In this document: positions 7,337 through 16,656 of the stretch, piece by piece
Layout: each line of letters begins with the position of its first letter
How positions within the stretch are numbered: position 1 is the stretch's first letter
From: a virus
Lineage: Duplodnaviria > Caudoviricetes
IMG/VR virus record: IMGVR_UViG_3300042983_000003
Location: 1 to 57,741 of that record
Reading direction: 5' to 3' (one strand)
Length of the DNA stretch: 57,741 nt
Notes under the pieces: model-generated
Seen by the model: the letters and a program-made list of their open reading frames with translations, nothing else
Told to the model about the DNA's origin: nothing
The model's database searches: none
Translations under genes and position numbers: made by a program

Positions 7337-8340
7337 GGCCTCACCAGGTGGAGCGCGGACGGGCTGGGCTGAGCGTCAAGACGTACATCGAACAAGGCGC
7401 CGGTCTGGAACCACAGCGTGCCGATCGCGAGGAGCGCGGGCTGGTCGCACTCGGCCCAGAACGCCGCGTCCATCAGGAGGCTCTGCGGCCGATCGTTCTT
7501 TGACGGCTCGACGCCCGGTGGCGGCTTGAACTGCAGCCGCTCGTTGAAGTCGAGGCGGATCGTCAGGTGCTTGGTGAGCACGTGCCACCACGCGGGCGAG
7601 TGGTCGGCGTTGCACATCACGCCGGCACCGGTCACATTCGGCAGCTCCTCGACGAGCTTCTCCGCCCAGGGTAGCGGATCGCTGAACGGGAAGTTGACAT
7701 AGACGAGCCCGAACCATGGAAGCGCGAGCCCGTCCTGGCCCGCCTCGATGCTGTACGTCGTGCCCGCGCGCACGCTGCTGTTCAGGTTCGAGCACGGGTC
7801 GAGATCAACGTCTGGCAACGCCGCCGTGACGTCGTCCGGCGTGCAGTACGCGTCGCGGTCGCCGACATTCTCGCTCGCGAGAGAACTGCGGATCGAGCGC
7901 TGGATGGTGGCGCGCTCGGACGGGGCGAGCTGGTCGATGATCGCCATCGCGGCCGTCACGCTCGGAGCCTCGCCGGTTCCCCTCACGTGAGAGGAACCCT
8001 GTGGAGAACTGGCCGGCTTACCGTGCACCTTGCCCGTCTTGGCCATGTCCATCCAGCGGTGGGCGGTACTGTCGTCGAGCTTGATCCTGGCAAGGAACTC
8101 GCTCCACGCCTTGGCCTTGGGTCCGCTGGTCGCAGGGATGGTCGCGCGCACCCTGACCAGGATCTGACCGACCTCGAGCCGGCGCAGCGCGGCGGTCTCG
8201 CGCGCTGCCGCGCCCTTCTGCTCGAACCGCGCGGCCGCGGTGTCGGCGTCGCGGACGTCCGCAAGCTTGACGATGCACTGCTCGGCCGCGAGATCGAGAT
8301 CGATCTGCGCGGCCTCGACGATCGCGGGGATGGCCTTCAT
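7333..8340 (-). CDS. Phage Dam-like N6-adenine methyltransferase with N-terminal helical (DUF3102-like) domain
   Basis: YCTP...DLDPC...DGLALPW...VYVNFPFS; start at MKAIP. Confidence 0.8.
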   Translation of the reverse strand: MKAIPAIVEAAQIDLDLAAEQCIVKLADVRDADTAAARFEQKGAAARETAALRRLEVGQILVRVRATIPATSGPKAKAWSEFLARIKLDDSTAHRWMDMAKTGKVHGKPASSPQGSSHVRGTGEAPSVTAAMAIIDQLAPSERATIQRSIRSSLASENVGDRDAYCTPDDVTAALPDVDLDPCSNLNSSVRAGTTYSIEAGQDGLALPWFGLVYVNFPFSDPLPWAEKLVEELPNVTGAGVMCNADHSPAWWHVLTKHLTIRLDFNERLQFKPPPGVEPSKNDRPQSLLMDAAFWAECDQPALLAIGTLWFQTGALFDVRLDAQPSPSALHLVRP

Positions 8341-8579
8341 TCTATCTCCAGTCCTGGTTGCTGTGGGTACGGCTCGGCGAACATCGCTTTCGTCCTCGCC
8401 CTGATCGTCACCAGGTGCGCCTCGAGTCTCGCAACGATCTCGCCCAGGTCGGTGATCCCGAGCGCGGCAAGCTCGCTCGGGCACATCCCTGCGCCCACGG
8501 CGAGCTCGGCAGCAGCCACGGTGATGCGGGTGTCGACGGCGACCAGGCGGTGCGGGTCGGCGCGGGTGACGGGCTTCAC
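8337..8579 (-). CDS. Hypothetical protein
   Basis: Coupled overlaps. Confidence 0.55.
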   Translation of the reverse strand: MKPVTRADPHRLVAVDTRITVAAAELAVGAGMCPSELAALGITDLGEIVARLEAHLVTIRARTKAMFAEPYPQQPGLEIE

Positions 8580-8818
8580 GCGGCACGTCCTTCCGTGTTC
8601 GGGCGCCACGCATCCACGTGCCCCAGACCTTGTTCGCGTCCCAGGCGACCCGCGCGGGTGAGCGCGCCGGCCACCGCGAGGTTGTGCAGGAGCGGCCCGA
8701 GGTCGAGATGCCCGGTCACGGTCTTGCGCTCCCAGCATCCGCACTCCGGGTCTCCGTTGCATCCGCATGGACCCCAGATGATTAGGTAGTTGTCTCCGAC
8801 GAGATCCATCTCGTTCAC
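8576..8818 (-). CDS. Hypothetical Cys-rich protein
   Basis: Coupled overlaps. Confidence 0.55.
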   Translation of the reverse strand: MNEMDLVGDNYLIIWGPCGCNGDPECGCWERKTVTGHLDLGPLLHNLAVAGALTRAGRLGREQGLGHVDAWRPNTEGRAA

Positions 8819-9030
8819 AGGCTCTTGCTCCTAGGTCCGGACCCATCGGGCGCCGGTATCGTCGACATGACGCCGAGATGGTCGCCACCGTGACCGTCCT
8901 GCAGCAGGCACCATCCGGTCATGCCATCGCGCGTGATCCGCGCGCAGCACGACAGCGATCGCTCGGGCGGCACCTCGACCGCGTCGGACGACCCAAGCGC
9001 GAACCGGTGGCCATTGCAGGTGCCCGTCAC
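8815..9030 (-). CDS. Small Cys/His protein
   Basis: C...CLLQDGHGGDH. Confidence 0.55.
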   Translation of the reverse strand: MTGTCNGHRFALGSSDAVEVPPERSLSCCARITRDGMTGWCLLQDGHGGDHLGVMSTIPAPDGSGPRSKSL

Positions 9031-9227
9031 GACGCGCCCCGGAGCATCCATCGCACAATCGCCGCGCGTTGATGCGGCTCCATGACCTGCTGGATCGCCA
9101 TCCTCTCGACCGGTTCGGTGACCAGGTCGCCGTTCTCCCATCGGACGAGCACGAACGCGAGCACGTCGCGCGCGCTGGTGCAGTCCAGGTCCCGGCTCGA
9201 CGTGTAGACGACCTCGGCGACGCTCAC
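9027..9227 (-). CDS. Hypothetical protein
   Basis: Coupled overlaps, GAGG RBS. Confidence 0.6.
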   Translation of the reverse strand: MSVAEVVYTSSRDLDCTSARDVLAFVLVRWENGDLVTEPVERMAIQQVMEPHQRAAIVRWMLRGAS

Positions 9228-9388
9228 GGGCTTACCTCATCCGGCGCGAGCCCGGCTCCACAGGTTACGCACAGGCGCCGCTCCCTGCGCTCGGTCCGCT
9301 CGATGCCGGCGGGCCCCACGTAGCGCGTGAGCGTGATCCCGTAGAGCACGGTCACCATCTTGTCCTCGCCGCAGCGCTCGCAGGTCAC
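9224..9388 (-). CDS. Small Zn-ribbon protein
   Basis: CERC...CVTC. Confidence 0.6.
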   Translation of the reverse strand: MTCERCGEDKMVTVLYGITLTRYVGPAGIERTERRERRLCVTCGAGLAPDEVSP

Positions 9389-9702
9389 GCTGTCCTTTCG
9401 CGGCAGGTCAGGCACCCCGCCGCATCGGTCGGTTGTGGTCCGCCGCAGTCGACGCACCAGGCGTCGATCGCGGGCGCGCGGTAGTCCTCGGCATCGCGCA
9501 CCGAGAGGCAGGACTTCGTGAGCCAGTCCAGCGAGTGAGCCGGCGCGCCCCTGTCGACGAGGATCTCGCGGATCAGTTCGCGGTCTGGCTCGGCGGGCGG
9601 ACGCTCGGCAAGCGCGGCCACGGCCACGGCAGTTGGAGCGTCGAGCAAGATCCCGCTGCCCGCGAGCAGGCCGCGCAGGTAGGCGCTGTCGCCGCGGCTC
9701 AC
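9385..9702 (-). CDS. Hypothetical with C-terminal Zn ribbon
   Basis: CVDC...CLTC; GGAGG RBS. Confidence 0.65.
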   Translation of the reverse strand: MSRGDSAYLRGLLAGSGILLDAPTAVAVAALAERPPAEPDRELIREILVDRGAPAHSLDWLTKSCLSVRDAEDYRAPAIDAWCVDCGGPQPTDAAGCLTCRERTA

Positions 9703-9944
9703 TTGACCTCCAAGGCGTCGAGCTTCGCAAGCTCCCGACGGATACCGCGTAGCATCGCGTTGATGCAGTTCCGAGCGCGATCCTGCGCGAGATTACCCGT
9801 TCCGATCCCGCCGCCGAACACGCGATCGAAATCCTGGGCGATCATAAAACCGGCCTCGTCTGCAGCCGCGTCGAGGTGGAGCAGCATGCTCTCCATGTGA
9901 CTCTCAACCCGGGCTAACTTGCGGATCGTTTGCGCGGGTGTCAC
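9699..9944 (-). CDS. Helical hypothetical protein
   Basis: Coupled overlaps. Confidence 0.65.
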   Translation of the reverse strand: MTPAQTIRKLARVESHMESMLLHLDAAADEAGFMIAQDFDRVFGGGIGTGNLAQDRARNCINAMLRGIRRELAKLDALEVK

Positions 9945-10306
9945 GGGCGTACCTTCGCGAGGGCAGCGAGCAACGTCTCGCCCTCAGGAGAGATGTTGAG
10001 TGCTGGACCTTCGACCGCGAGATCCTCGAGATCGCCGGCATGGAATACGAGCGCTGCGGCCGCGATCTCGAGGAGCACGGACAACACGACGGCCGTGACG
10101 TGCTGCGCGCACGAGTCGCACACCGTCGTCGGCTCGAGATCTTCCGGGACCTGGAACGATCCGCTGCACCGTTTGCAGATGTGACCGTAGGCGGCGATTT
10201 CCTCGTCGGAGTCCTCGACCGCGAGGCGCTGCAGCTCTGCGATGCTCGGCCTGTCGTCGGGAGGATCATCCTCGGAGGATCGGTGTGGTTGAGCGGGGTC
10301 GGTCAT
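9941..10306 (-). CDS. Zn-ribbon hypothetical protein
   Basis: CKRC...CDSC. Confidence 0.6.
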   Translation of the reverse strand: MTDPAQPHRSSEDDPPDDRPSIAELQRLAVEDSDEEIAAYGHICKRCSGSFQVPEDLEPTTVCDSCAQHVTAVVLSVLLEIAAAALVFHAGDLEDLAVEGPALNISPEGETLLAALAKVRP

Positions 10307-10650
10307 GTCGCTGCCTTCGGTTGGGGTTGTGGCTCGCGGCACGAGCCGCAGATCATGATCTCGTCGCTGGTGATCGGCCGCTCTCGCCGCGTCGACAACA
10401 CGCGGTTGTATGCGCTCATGCGGTCGCGCACCGTCGCGATCGATCCCGCGGTCATCGCGACAGGCGCGCGACAGATCCGGCACGGCCAGTGCGCGACGAC
10501 CGGCTCCGGCTTGCGATCGTACAGCGCGAGCAGCTGCCGGAGCCGGGGATCGTTGTGCTGCAGGTCGTCGATGGCTGGCGCCTCCGGAGCGCTCTCGCGT
10601 CGTCGGCGGTCTGCCTCGATCTCGGGGTCGGTAGCGAAATCCCGGGTCAT
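10303..10650 (-). CDS. Zn-finger hypothetical protein
   Basis: CRIC...CGSC; GAGG RBS. Confidence 0.6.
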   Translation of the reverse strand: MTRDFATDPEIEADRRRRESAPEAPAIDDLQHNDPRLRQLLALYDRKPEPVVAHWPCRICRAPVAMTAGSIATVRDRMSAYNRVLSTRRERPITSDEIMICGSCREPQPQPKAAT

Positions 10651-11234
10651 CGACCGGTCTCGAGCACCTCGCCGCGCGGATACGGCCGTTCGATGCCCAG
10701 CGCGGCGCCGGTGATCTTGACCTTGTCGCAGTCCACCTCGCCGGCGGTGCGCCACCACACGATGCCCTCGACGTCGTTGTGGGCGAAGTACTTGCGCAGT
10801 CCGTCGTAGTCGGTGGGCACGCCGTAGAGGACCTCTGCGCCGTGACGGATCAGCGTGTGCGAGGACAGCCGCTCGGGATTCGCGCCTATGCGCGGGCCAC
10901 ACGCCTCGTAGGTGCCGTCCTGCCAGAGCGACCAGCTCGCCGCCTCACAGATCCACCGGTCCTCGGGGCGCGTCGCCGGGACCCAGCCTGGGAAGTGGCC
11001 GGTGATCGGATCGGGCTCGGGCTGGCAGGGCACGAAGTCCGGCGGCGGCTGCTTGCCGCGCTTCGCGTCGTAGCGAGCCCACAGCTGGCCGTCTGCCCAG
11101 CGAACCGCGGTGCCGTCCCACTTGCGCGTCGCAACGCAGGCGCTGTTGAGCACCCATAGCGCGGCGGGGTTGTACTCACGCGTGAGGCTGTGACCGTCGG
11201 TGGTGCGAGCGAACAGGGCTGGGATCTTCTTCAT
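10647..11234 (-). CDS. DUF5565/RLIG1-like RNA ligase
   Basis: MKKIPALF, ATRKWDGT (KxDG), GTYEACGP...NPE, EGIVW, KVK. Confidence 0.75.
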   Translation of the reverse strand: MKKIPALFARTTDGHSLTREYNPAALWVLNSACVATRKWDGTAVRWADGQLWARYDAKRGKQPPPDFVPCQPEPDPITGHFPGWVPATRPEDRWICEAASWSLWQDGTYEACGPRIGANPERLSSHTLIRHGAEVLYGVPTDYDGLRKYFAHNDVEGIVWWRTAGEVDCDKVKITGAALGIERPYPRGEVLETGR

Positions 11235-12490
11235 CGGGCGTTGCCTTTGTCGATTGGTAGGGTGGGTTGCTCGTCGGTGGTGTCGGCGGTGTCGCTCTCG
11301 CCGGCCGCTGACTTCGGTGGCGCGCGTGGCCCGCCGCTGAGCATGGCGAGCGCCTCGCAGGCTGCCCGACGGTTTTCCTCCTGCACGTCGGCCGGGATCA
11401 TGATCGCCGGCGCGGACCGCTCGCGCTTCGGTGCCGGCGCCGGTGGGGGCAGATCGCCGTTCTGCGGGCGGCGCCGCCGCGCCGCCGCGCCCGGGGTCCA
11501 CTGCCGCGCCTCTGCCCATGGCTTCGAGCCGAAAGTCTTTTCGGCGAGCCACTCGACGCGGCGCTCCTCGCGCGCCTGTGCGATCAGGTTCGCGACGACG
11601 CGATCGCAGACCACCGGCGCCGCCGCGCCCTCCTCGCGCACGCGGTCCTGGAGATCGCGCAGCGACTGGGGGTGCGAGCCCGGGGTGATCGCGGGGAACG
11701 GCAGCGGCGCGGGGAGCCGGAGCTCGACCGCGATCGCGACCAGAGCGTCGCTCACCCGTCGGTAGGTCGCCTCGGCCAGCCGGCCGCGCGCCCTCGGGTC
11801 GTCGTGGTTGTACGGGCCGGCGATCGACTCGCCGCGGGCGACCTCCGCCGGGATCACGTTCGCGGGCTTCGGATCGCGGTGGACGACGGGCGGGATTGTC
11901 GTCGCGGTGCCCTCGTGAGCTGGGGTCGGCGGGGACACGGCGGGGACAATCGGAGGATCGGAACGTGGTGGGGCAGGCTCCGGTACGGCAGTAGGCAGGA
12001 TCGCGCGCGCAGAGGGGGAGATCTTTTCCGGAAGGATCTCAGATGCAGATGAGATCTCAGAGGGGCTGGTTATCGGCTGGTGGTTGGCGACGAATCTACC
12101 AGCCGATCGGCTGGAGGTAGAAGCTCGCGTTTTCCCGCCCTTGGACGATTGCTCGCTGTTTGGCCCTGGTGGGAACATCCACAAACAGTGCTTGGCGGCG
12201 CCGCCGATTCGCATCCGTCGTGTCGTGCTGTCGCCGCGCCCACCAGCCCACGCGGCGAGCTCCGCCTGAACGAGCGCGTCGGGTCCAAGCTCGCCCAGTA
12301 CCTGTTCGACTAGCCACTGTGGTAGCTCCGACTCGCCGCGCCGCGTGCAGGCTACCCACAGGTGCTCACACCGGCCGCGCGCGTGATCAGCGTCCGCGAG
12401 ACCGAGGAGCTTCGCCAGCCGGCCGAATTTGCCTTCTTCGTCGGCGACGGCAGAAAACTCGACGTTCAGGTGGAGCGTGCCTTTGGCCAT
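11231..12490 (-). CDS. Putative replication initiator
   Basis: N-terminal helical domain, SKGGKTRA motif, S/P-rich linker with DNA repeats, C-terminal helical domain. Confidence 0.55.
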   Translation of the reverse strand: MAKGTLHLNVEFSAVADEEGKFGRLAKLLGLADADHARGRCEHLWVACTRRGESELPQWLVEQVLGELGPDALVQAELAAWAGGRGDSTTRRMRIGGAAKHCLWMFPPGPNSEQSSKGGKTRASTSSRSAGRFVANHQPITSPSEISSASEILPEKISPSARAILPTAVPEPAPPRSDPPIVPAVSPPTPAHEGTATTIPPVVHRDPKPANVIPAEVARGESIAGPYNHDDPRARGRLAEATYRRVSDALVAIAVELRLPAPLPFPAITPGSHPQSLRDLQDRVREEGAAAPVVCDRVVANLIAQAREERRVEWLAEKTFGSKPWAEARQWTPGAAARRRRPQNGDLPPPAPAPKRERSAPAIMIPADVQEENRRAACEALAMLSGGPRAPPKSAAGESDTADTTDEQPTLPIDKGNAR

Positions 12491-12491
12491 G

Positions 12492-12653
12492 TCAGCGCTT
12501 GCCTCGCTGCATCGCCTTGCCAGCCTCGAGCTCCGCCGCGATCTCGCGGCGGACGCGCTGGCTCTCTTCGATGGTCAGCGCAAGTCCGACGCTGCCGATC
12601 ATGAGGACGACTCGGCCACGTTCCGACGATACTGTTGGCGGGCGCCCGCTCAC
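12492..12653 (-). CDS. Small hypothetical protein
   Basis: GTGA overlap. Confidence 0.55.
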   Translation of the reverse strand: MSGRPPTVSSERGRVVLMIGSVGLALTIEESQRVRREIAAELEAGKAMQRGKR

Positions 12654-12889
12654 CTCGCACGCTCCATCGCCGCGACGTGCCGGGCGCCGCCGTTGCGGGC
12701 TCGTCTCCCCGCGGCGCCGGGCCCGCCGTCCAGCGAGTCGTGCCAGCGCCTGGCCACATCTCCGCACGAGCATCGCCACCGGTAGCGGAATCGCCCAGTC
12801 GGGTTCCCGTCAACGGACTCTGTTTGGATCTGGAGATCGATCACATGTGCCGTCACGGCTGCGCTCCTGTCCGCTGGTGTCTCGCTCAC
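12650..12889 (-). CDS. Small Zn-binding protein
   Basis: H...WRCSCG...H. Confidence 0.6.
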   Translation of the reverse strand: MSETPADRSAAVTAHVIDLQIQTESVDGNPTGRFRYRWRCSCGDVARRWHDSLDGGPGAAGRRARNGGARHVAAMERAR

Positions 12890-13461
12890 ACGGCCTCCGC
12901 GGCGATCCGCGCTGCCGGCGCGCCGTTCCGCTCCTTGGGGTCAGCGTATGTAGCGATCCCTGAGAGGCGCTCGAGCGCGCACAGCGTCGTGTGCTCTCGG
13001 GTGCCCTCGGTGTCGCGCCCACGGATACCATTTTCGACGAGCAGGCAGCGGCAGAGCGTGCAGAAGATCCGCGCCTTGGCCGGGCCCCACGCGTTCGCGC
13101 GCCGCTTGCCATTGGCCGCCGCGAACCACAGGCGGTTCCGCCGCGGGCGCTCGTTCGGGAACGCGAGATGGTACGCGGCGAGTGCGGCGCGGCGAACCGC
13201 GATGATCTGGTGAGCTGGTAGCAGGCGCCGCTCCCACACGGCATCGTGCATCGCCATGTAGTCGGCTCGCATGTCGTCGATCTTCGCGGCTGCTCGTGCT
13301 GCTGCTGCTTCCTTGTTGCGATCGCGGGCCTCGGTGCAAAGCAGCCCAGACCCGGTGCAGCGGATGTTGCCGAGTCGCGCGTGCTCGGCAACGTGTCGCC
13401 CGTCGTCGAGTGGGACCTCGGTGCGGCACCGCTGGCAGTGACCATACGTCGGACGGATCAC
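12886..13461 (-). CDS. Cys/His-rich hypothetical protein
   Basis: CQRC...H...CTGSG; CTLC...H...C. Confidence 0.65.
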   Translation of the reverse strand: MIRPTYGHCQRCRTEVPLDDGRHVAEHARLGNIRCTGSGLLCTEARDRNKEAAAARAAAKIDDMRADYMAMHDAVWERRLLPAHQIIAVRRAALAAYHLAFPNERPRRNRLWFAAANGKRRANAWGPAKARIFCTLCRCLLVENGIRGRDTEGTREHTTLCALERLSGIATYADPKERNGAPAARIAAEAV

Positions 13462-15038
13462 ACGGCCTCCAGCGCGAGCGATGCCTGGTCGCGCATAGCC
13501 TTGTCCTGCTCGACGATGGCCCGCGCCACCGCCTCTGCCAACGCCGGCGGCATCGCCATCCCGATCGCGCCCCAGCGAACTTTCTTCGTGGCGCCACTGA
13601 ACACCCAGCCGGACGGGAAGCCCTGCAGGATCGCCGCGGCGCGCTCGCTGAGGATGATCGCGTCGGGCAGCGACATGATCGCGAAGTTCTCGTCGTGGTG
13701 GCCCGGCGGTGCGAGTCCCGCCCCCGAGCCCTTGCGATCCTCGCGTGCCTGCACTGTCGTGCTCGGCGCGTCCGGCGCGATCGTGCGCGTGCTCTGCGAC
13801 CCCTTGGTCGACGGCGGGCGCTTCTTGCGCCGCGCGACCTCGCCATTTAGCATCATCGCGCGATTCGCGCCGCCGCCCGACCCCGCGCGGATCGTCATCG
13901 CTGGCTCATCGGCGTGCGACGGCGGGTGGTGCGGCTCCATCATCAGGACTTGCGCGCCCTGGCCGCGGTACTTCGCGCCGAGCGTCGGCGCAGGGGTATC
14001 GGCATCGGCAGGACGGTGGCGGTCGTTGAGGATGATCGTTGACGCGTGGCCCGGCGATCGGCACTGCGTGGTCAGCGATCGCGCGGGCTCGTCCTCGTTG
14101 CTCGTGTGCACCGGCGCCTCGTGGCGCGTCATCAGCACGAGCGGTCGCGCGCTGTGGCCGGCGCCGCCACCGGTGACCGTCGTGGCTGGCGCGTCGGGCG
14201 AGAGCGCCGGATGCTTCGTGGTCGCAGCCGAGATCACGTTGCCGTCGCTGAGGTTGCTCGTGCCGACGACGCGCGCCGGGCGGTCGGGAACACTGCCGAC
14301 CTGCTTGCCGTTCTGTTCGCGCCGCCGCATCTTCACCGCGCGGCCCAGCTCCTCGGGCGACAGATGCCCCAGCGCCTGCCTACAGGTGACCCAGGGCTTG
14401 AGCGCGACGAACCCAGGCAGCAGCGGTCGCGCTGCCATCACTGGGTCCGTGTGCGTCGGCGCGGGCGGACGCAAGCACGGGCCGGCGAGATGACCGAACC
14501 AGAATGGTCTGTGCCGGTGTTGAGGCACGCCGAAATCGGCCGCATCGAGTGACAGGAAGTCCGCCACGCAGTACCCGCGCTGCGCCAGCGCGCCGATCGT
14601 CCGGTGCACCGCGGGGAGGTTGACCGCGTCCTCGAGCCCCGGGACGTTGCTGATCAGGTACCGGCGCGGCTTGAGGATCGCGATAAGCGTGCAGGTCACT
14701 GCGAGCATATCGCGCTCGTCGTCCTGCCCCATGCGCTTGCCGGCGCGGCTCCACGGCGTACAGGGTGGATCCGCGCAGATCAGGTCGATCTGCTCGGTAA
14801 GCAGCCGGCGCGCGAGCTCGCAGACCGGACCGTTCGCCACAGCTTGCCCGCGCCGGATCCTGCGGATCACCGCGAGCAGCGCGATGACGTCGCATTGCAC
14901 CGGCCGATGACCGAGGTTCCGCTCGTAGCTGTCGCAGTGGTCCGGGTCGCGGTCGACGGCAATATCGAACTCGATCCCGGCCGCGCGGAACCCCGCCGCC
15001 ATGCCACCGGAGCAACAAAACAGCTCGACGTTGATCAT
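13458..15038 (-). CDS. C5-cytosine DNA methyltransferase
   Basis: ELFCCSGG (I), PPCTPWS (IV), SNVPG (VI variant), QHRHR (VIII), ILQGFP (IX), IGMAMPP (X). Confidence 0.92.
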   Translation of the reverse strand: MINVELFCCSGGMAAGFRAAGIEFDIAVDRDPDHCDSYERNLGHRPVQCDVIALLAVIRRIRRGQAVANGPVCELARRLLTEQIDLICADPPCTPWSRAGKRMGQDDERDMLAVTCTLIAILKPRRYLISNVPGLEDAVNLPAVHRTIGALAQRGYCVADFLSLDAADFGVPQHRHRPFWFGHLAGPCLRPPAPTHTDPVMAARPLLPGFVALKPWVTCRQALGHLSPEELGRAVKMRRREQNGKQVGSVPDRPARVVGTSNLSDGNVISAATTKHPALSPDAPATTVTGGGAGHSARPLVLMTRHEAPVHTSNEDEPARSLTTQCRSPGHASTIILNDRHRPADADTPAPTLGAKYRGQGAQVLMMEPHHPPSHADEPAMTIRAGSGGGANRAMMLNGEVARRKKRPPSTKGSQSTRTIAPDAPSTTVQAREDRKGSGAGLAPPGHHDENFAIMSLPDAIILSERAAAILQGFPSGWVFSGATKKVRWGAIGMAMPPALAEAVARAIVEQDKAMRDQASLALEAV

Positions 15039-15382
15039 CCGCCGGCGCCCCCGCCCTCGAAGTCGTACTCGGGCATTTGCGTAACCGGCTCGTCGGCGTC
15101 GGTCACGTCAAACTTGCTCACGTCGATCTCCAGGTACGGCTCGCGGTCCTGGTCGAGCGCGAGCCTCGCCGGCTCCGCGCTGATCCGGGTCAGGTGAGCG
15201 CCCTGGTCCCATTCGTGTGCCTCGTCGGGCGATGGCAAGACGCGCGGATCCACCGACGAGGAAACCGACCCGTCTCGCCCGCGCTCGAGATCTCGCAGTA
15301 TGAGGTCAAGCGCGCGCAGGTCATCGATCGTGCACGAGCCCAGGCGTAGCGCGATCGAGCAAGCGATGTCGTGCTCGTTCAT
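15035..15382 (-). CDS. Hypothetical protein
   Basis: ATGA overlaps. Confidence 0.65.
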   Translation of the reverse strand: MNEHDIACSIALRLGSCTIDDLRALDLILRDLERGRDGSVSSSVDPRVLPSPDEAHEWDQGAHLTRISAEPARLALDQDREPYLEIDVSKFDVTDADEPVTQMPEYDFEGGGAGG

Positions 15383-15636
15383 CGACCGGCACTCCGCCGC
15401 TTCGCCTGGACGCGTCGCAACGCCCGCAGGCGCGTGACCTGTTGCTCCGTCGTCCCGTCGCAGATCAGCGCGCGGTACGCGGCCATGACCGCCGCCGCGA
15501 ACGAACGCTCATCCCTGGTCGAGTCCTGCGCCCAGCACAGCTTGTGGTTGACGTCGGTGAAAAGCAGCCCCGGCATCGGCCACGTGGTCTCGGCAAGCGC
15601 CGGATCGTCGTCGCCCGTGGCGCGATCCGGGGTCAT
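15379..15636 (-). CDS. Hypothetical protein
   Basis: ATGA overlaps. Confidence 0.6.
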   Translation of the reverse strand: MTPDRATGDDDPALAETTWPMPGLLFTDVNHKLCWAQDSTRDERSFAAAVMAAYRALICDGTTEQQVTRLRALRRVQAKRRSAGR

Positions 15637-15941
15637 CGCGCGCTCCGTAGCCGGCCGCTGATCGCGGCCTCGAGGTGCGCGTCGTGGATCTGGCAATGCT
15701 CGGCGAGGTCGCGGCACTCTTGATGGATGCGCCGCGCCTCGTCATGGAGGCGGTCTCGCTCGGCGCAGGCCACATCCAGTTCACGCAGCTTGACGGCCAG
15801 CGCATGTCGCGCGAACGCGGCGCGCTCTGCATGCTCCGCCACCACAAGCACCGTCGGGTAGTTGTTGCCACTGCCGGACGACGTCTGCTCCTCGCGCAGC
15901 TTCGCGCGCAGCATGCCAGGCGCGTCCTTGACCGGGCTCAT
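15633..15941 (-). CDS. Coiled-coil hypothetical protein
   Basis: ATGA overlaps. Confidence 0.65.
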   Translation of the reverse strand: MSPVKDAPGMLRAKLREEQTSSGSGNNYPTVLVVAEHAERAAFARHALAVKLRELDVACAERDRLHDEARRIHQECRDLAEHCQIHDAHLEAAISGRLRSAR

Positions 15942-16252
15942 CGCGGCTCCGGGGCGTAGATCGCGCCAATCACCTCGAGTAGGCTGGCCCGGTCTTCGTC
16001 CGACAGCCCGGACCAGCGCTTGAGCAAATGCTCGACCGATGACGGGACCACCGGGTCAGCGCCGCGCAGCCACGCCGGCGAGACCCCGTAGAGCGCGGCC
16101 AGCGTGGTGTGCAGCTGCGGGCTCGGCTTGTACCGCAGCGCCTCGATCTCCTCGAGCAGGTTGTCGCCGGGCTGCCAGTTGAGCTGACGGAGCGCCTGCC
16201 CCATCGTCAGGCCGGCGATCTCGCGGGCCCGCTTGTAGCGCGCGGCGATCAC
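15938..16252 (-). CDS. XRE-family HTH regulator
   Basis: KRAREIAGLT...LAALYGVSPAWL. Confidence 0.8.
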   Translation of the reverse strand: MIAARYKRAREIAGLTMGQALRQLNWQPGDNLLEEIEALRYKPSPQLHTTLAALYGVSPAWLRGADPVVPSSVEHLLKRWSGLSDEDRASLLEVIGAIYAPEPR

Positions 16253-16527
16253 GCGGCCCTCGGCACGAGGGCCGGCTTGCTCTTGCGCGGCCGGCCTGTC
16301 TTTGGCGCGAGCGATGGCCGGATCTTGGGGAGCCGGCCGTAGAACTTCGGGACCGTGATGCGAAGTCCGCGCTCGACGATCGCGCGGAGGGTCGCCTGCC
16401 GAGGCTCTCGCGCACCGGTCTCGGCTTGGCAGACGGTCGACGCGTTCACGTGAGCACGATCCGCTACTACCTGTAGGGTCAGTTTGTAGTACGCACGCCA
16501 AGTGGCGAGCCTGATCGGGATGTCCAT
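16249..16527 (-). CDS. XRE-family (Cro-like) HTH regulator
   Basis: LTLQVVADRAHVNASTVCQAETGAREP; alternative start at 16542. Confidence 0.85.
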   Translation of the reverse strand: MDIPIRLATWRAYYKLTLQVVADRAHVNASTVCQAETGAREPRQATLRAIVERGLRITVPKFYGRLPKIRPSLAPKTGRPRKSKPALVPRAA

Positions 16528-16626
16528 GGTTAGTTTTTGCATCTTGTGGGGGTTCCGGGTCAAGCCTCCGGATTGGATTCCGGATTCGCTGCGGGATCGC
16601 GTTTTCACTTTGCGCAACGAAGGTCG

Positions 16627-16656
16627 TTGACATTCGCGCCCGACCTGCCGTAACCA
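16627..16656 (+). promoter_or_regulatory. Sigma-70-like promoter, probably leaderless mRNA
   Basis: TTGACA-N18-TAACCA-N6-ATG(16663). Confidence 0.5.
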
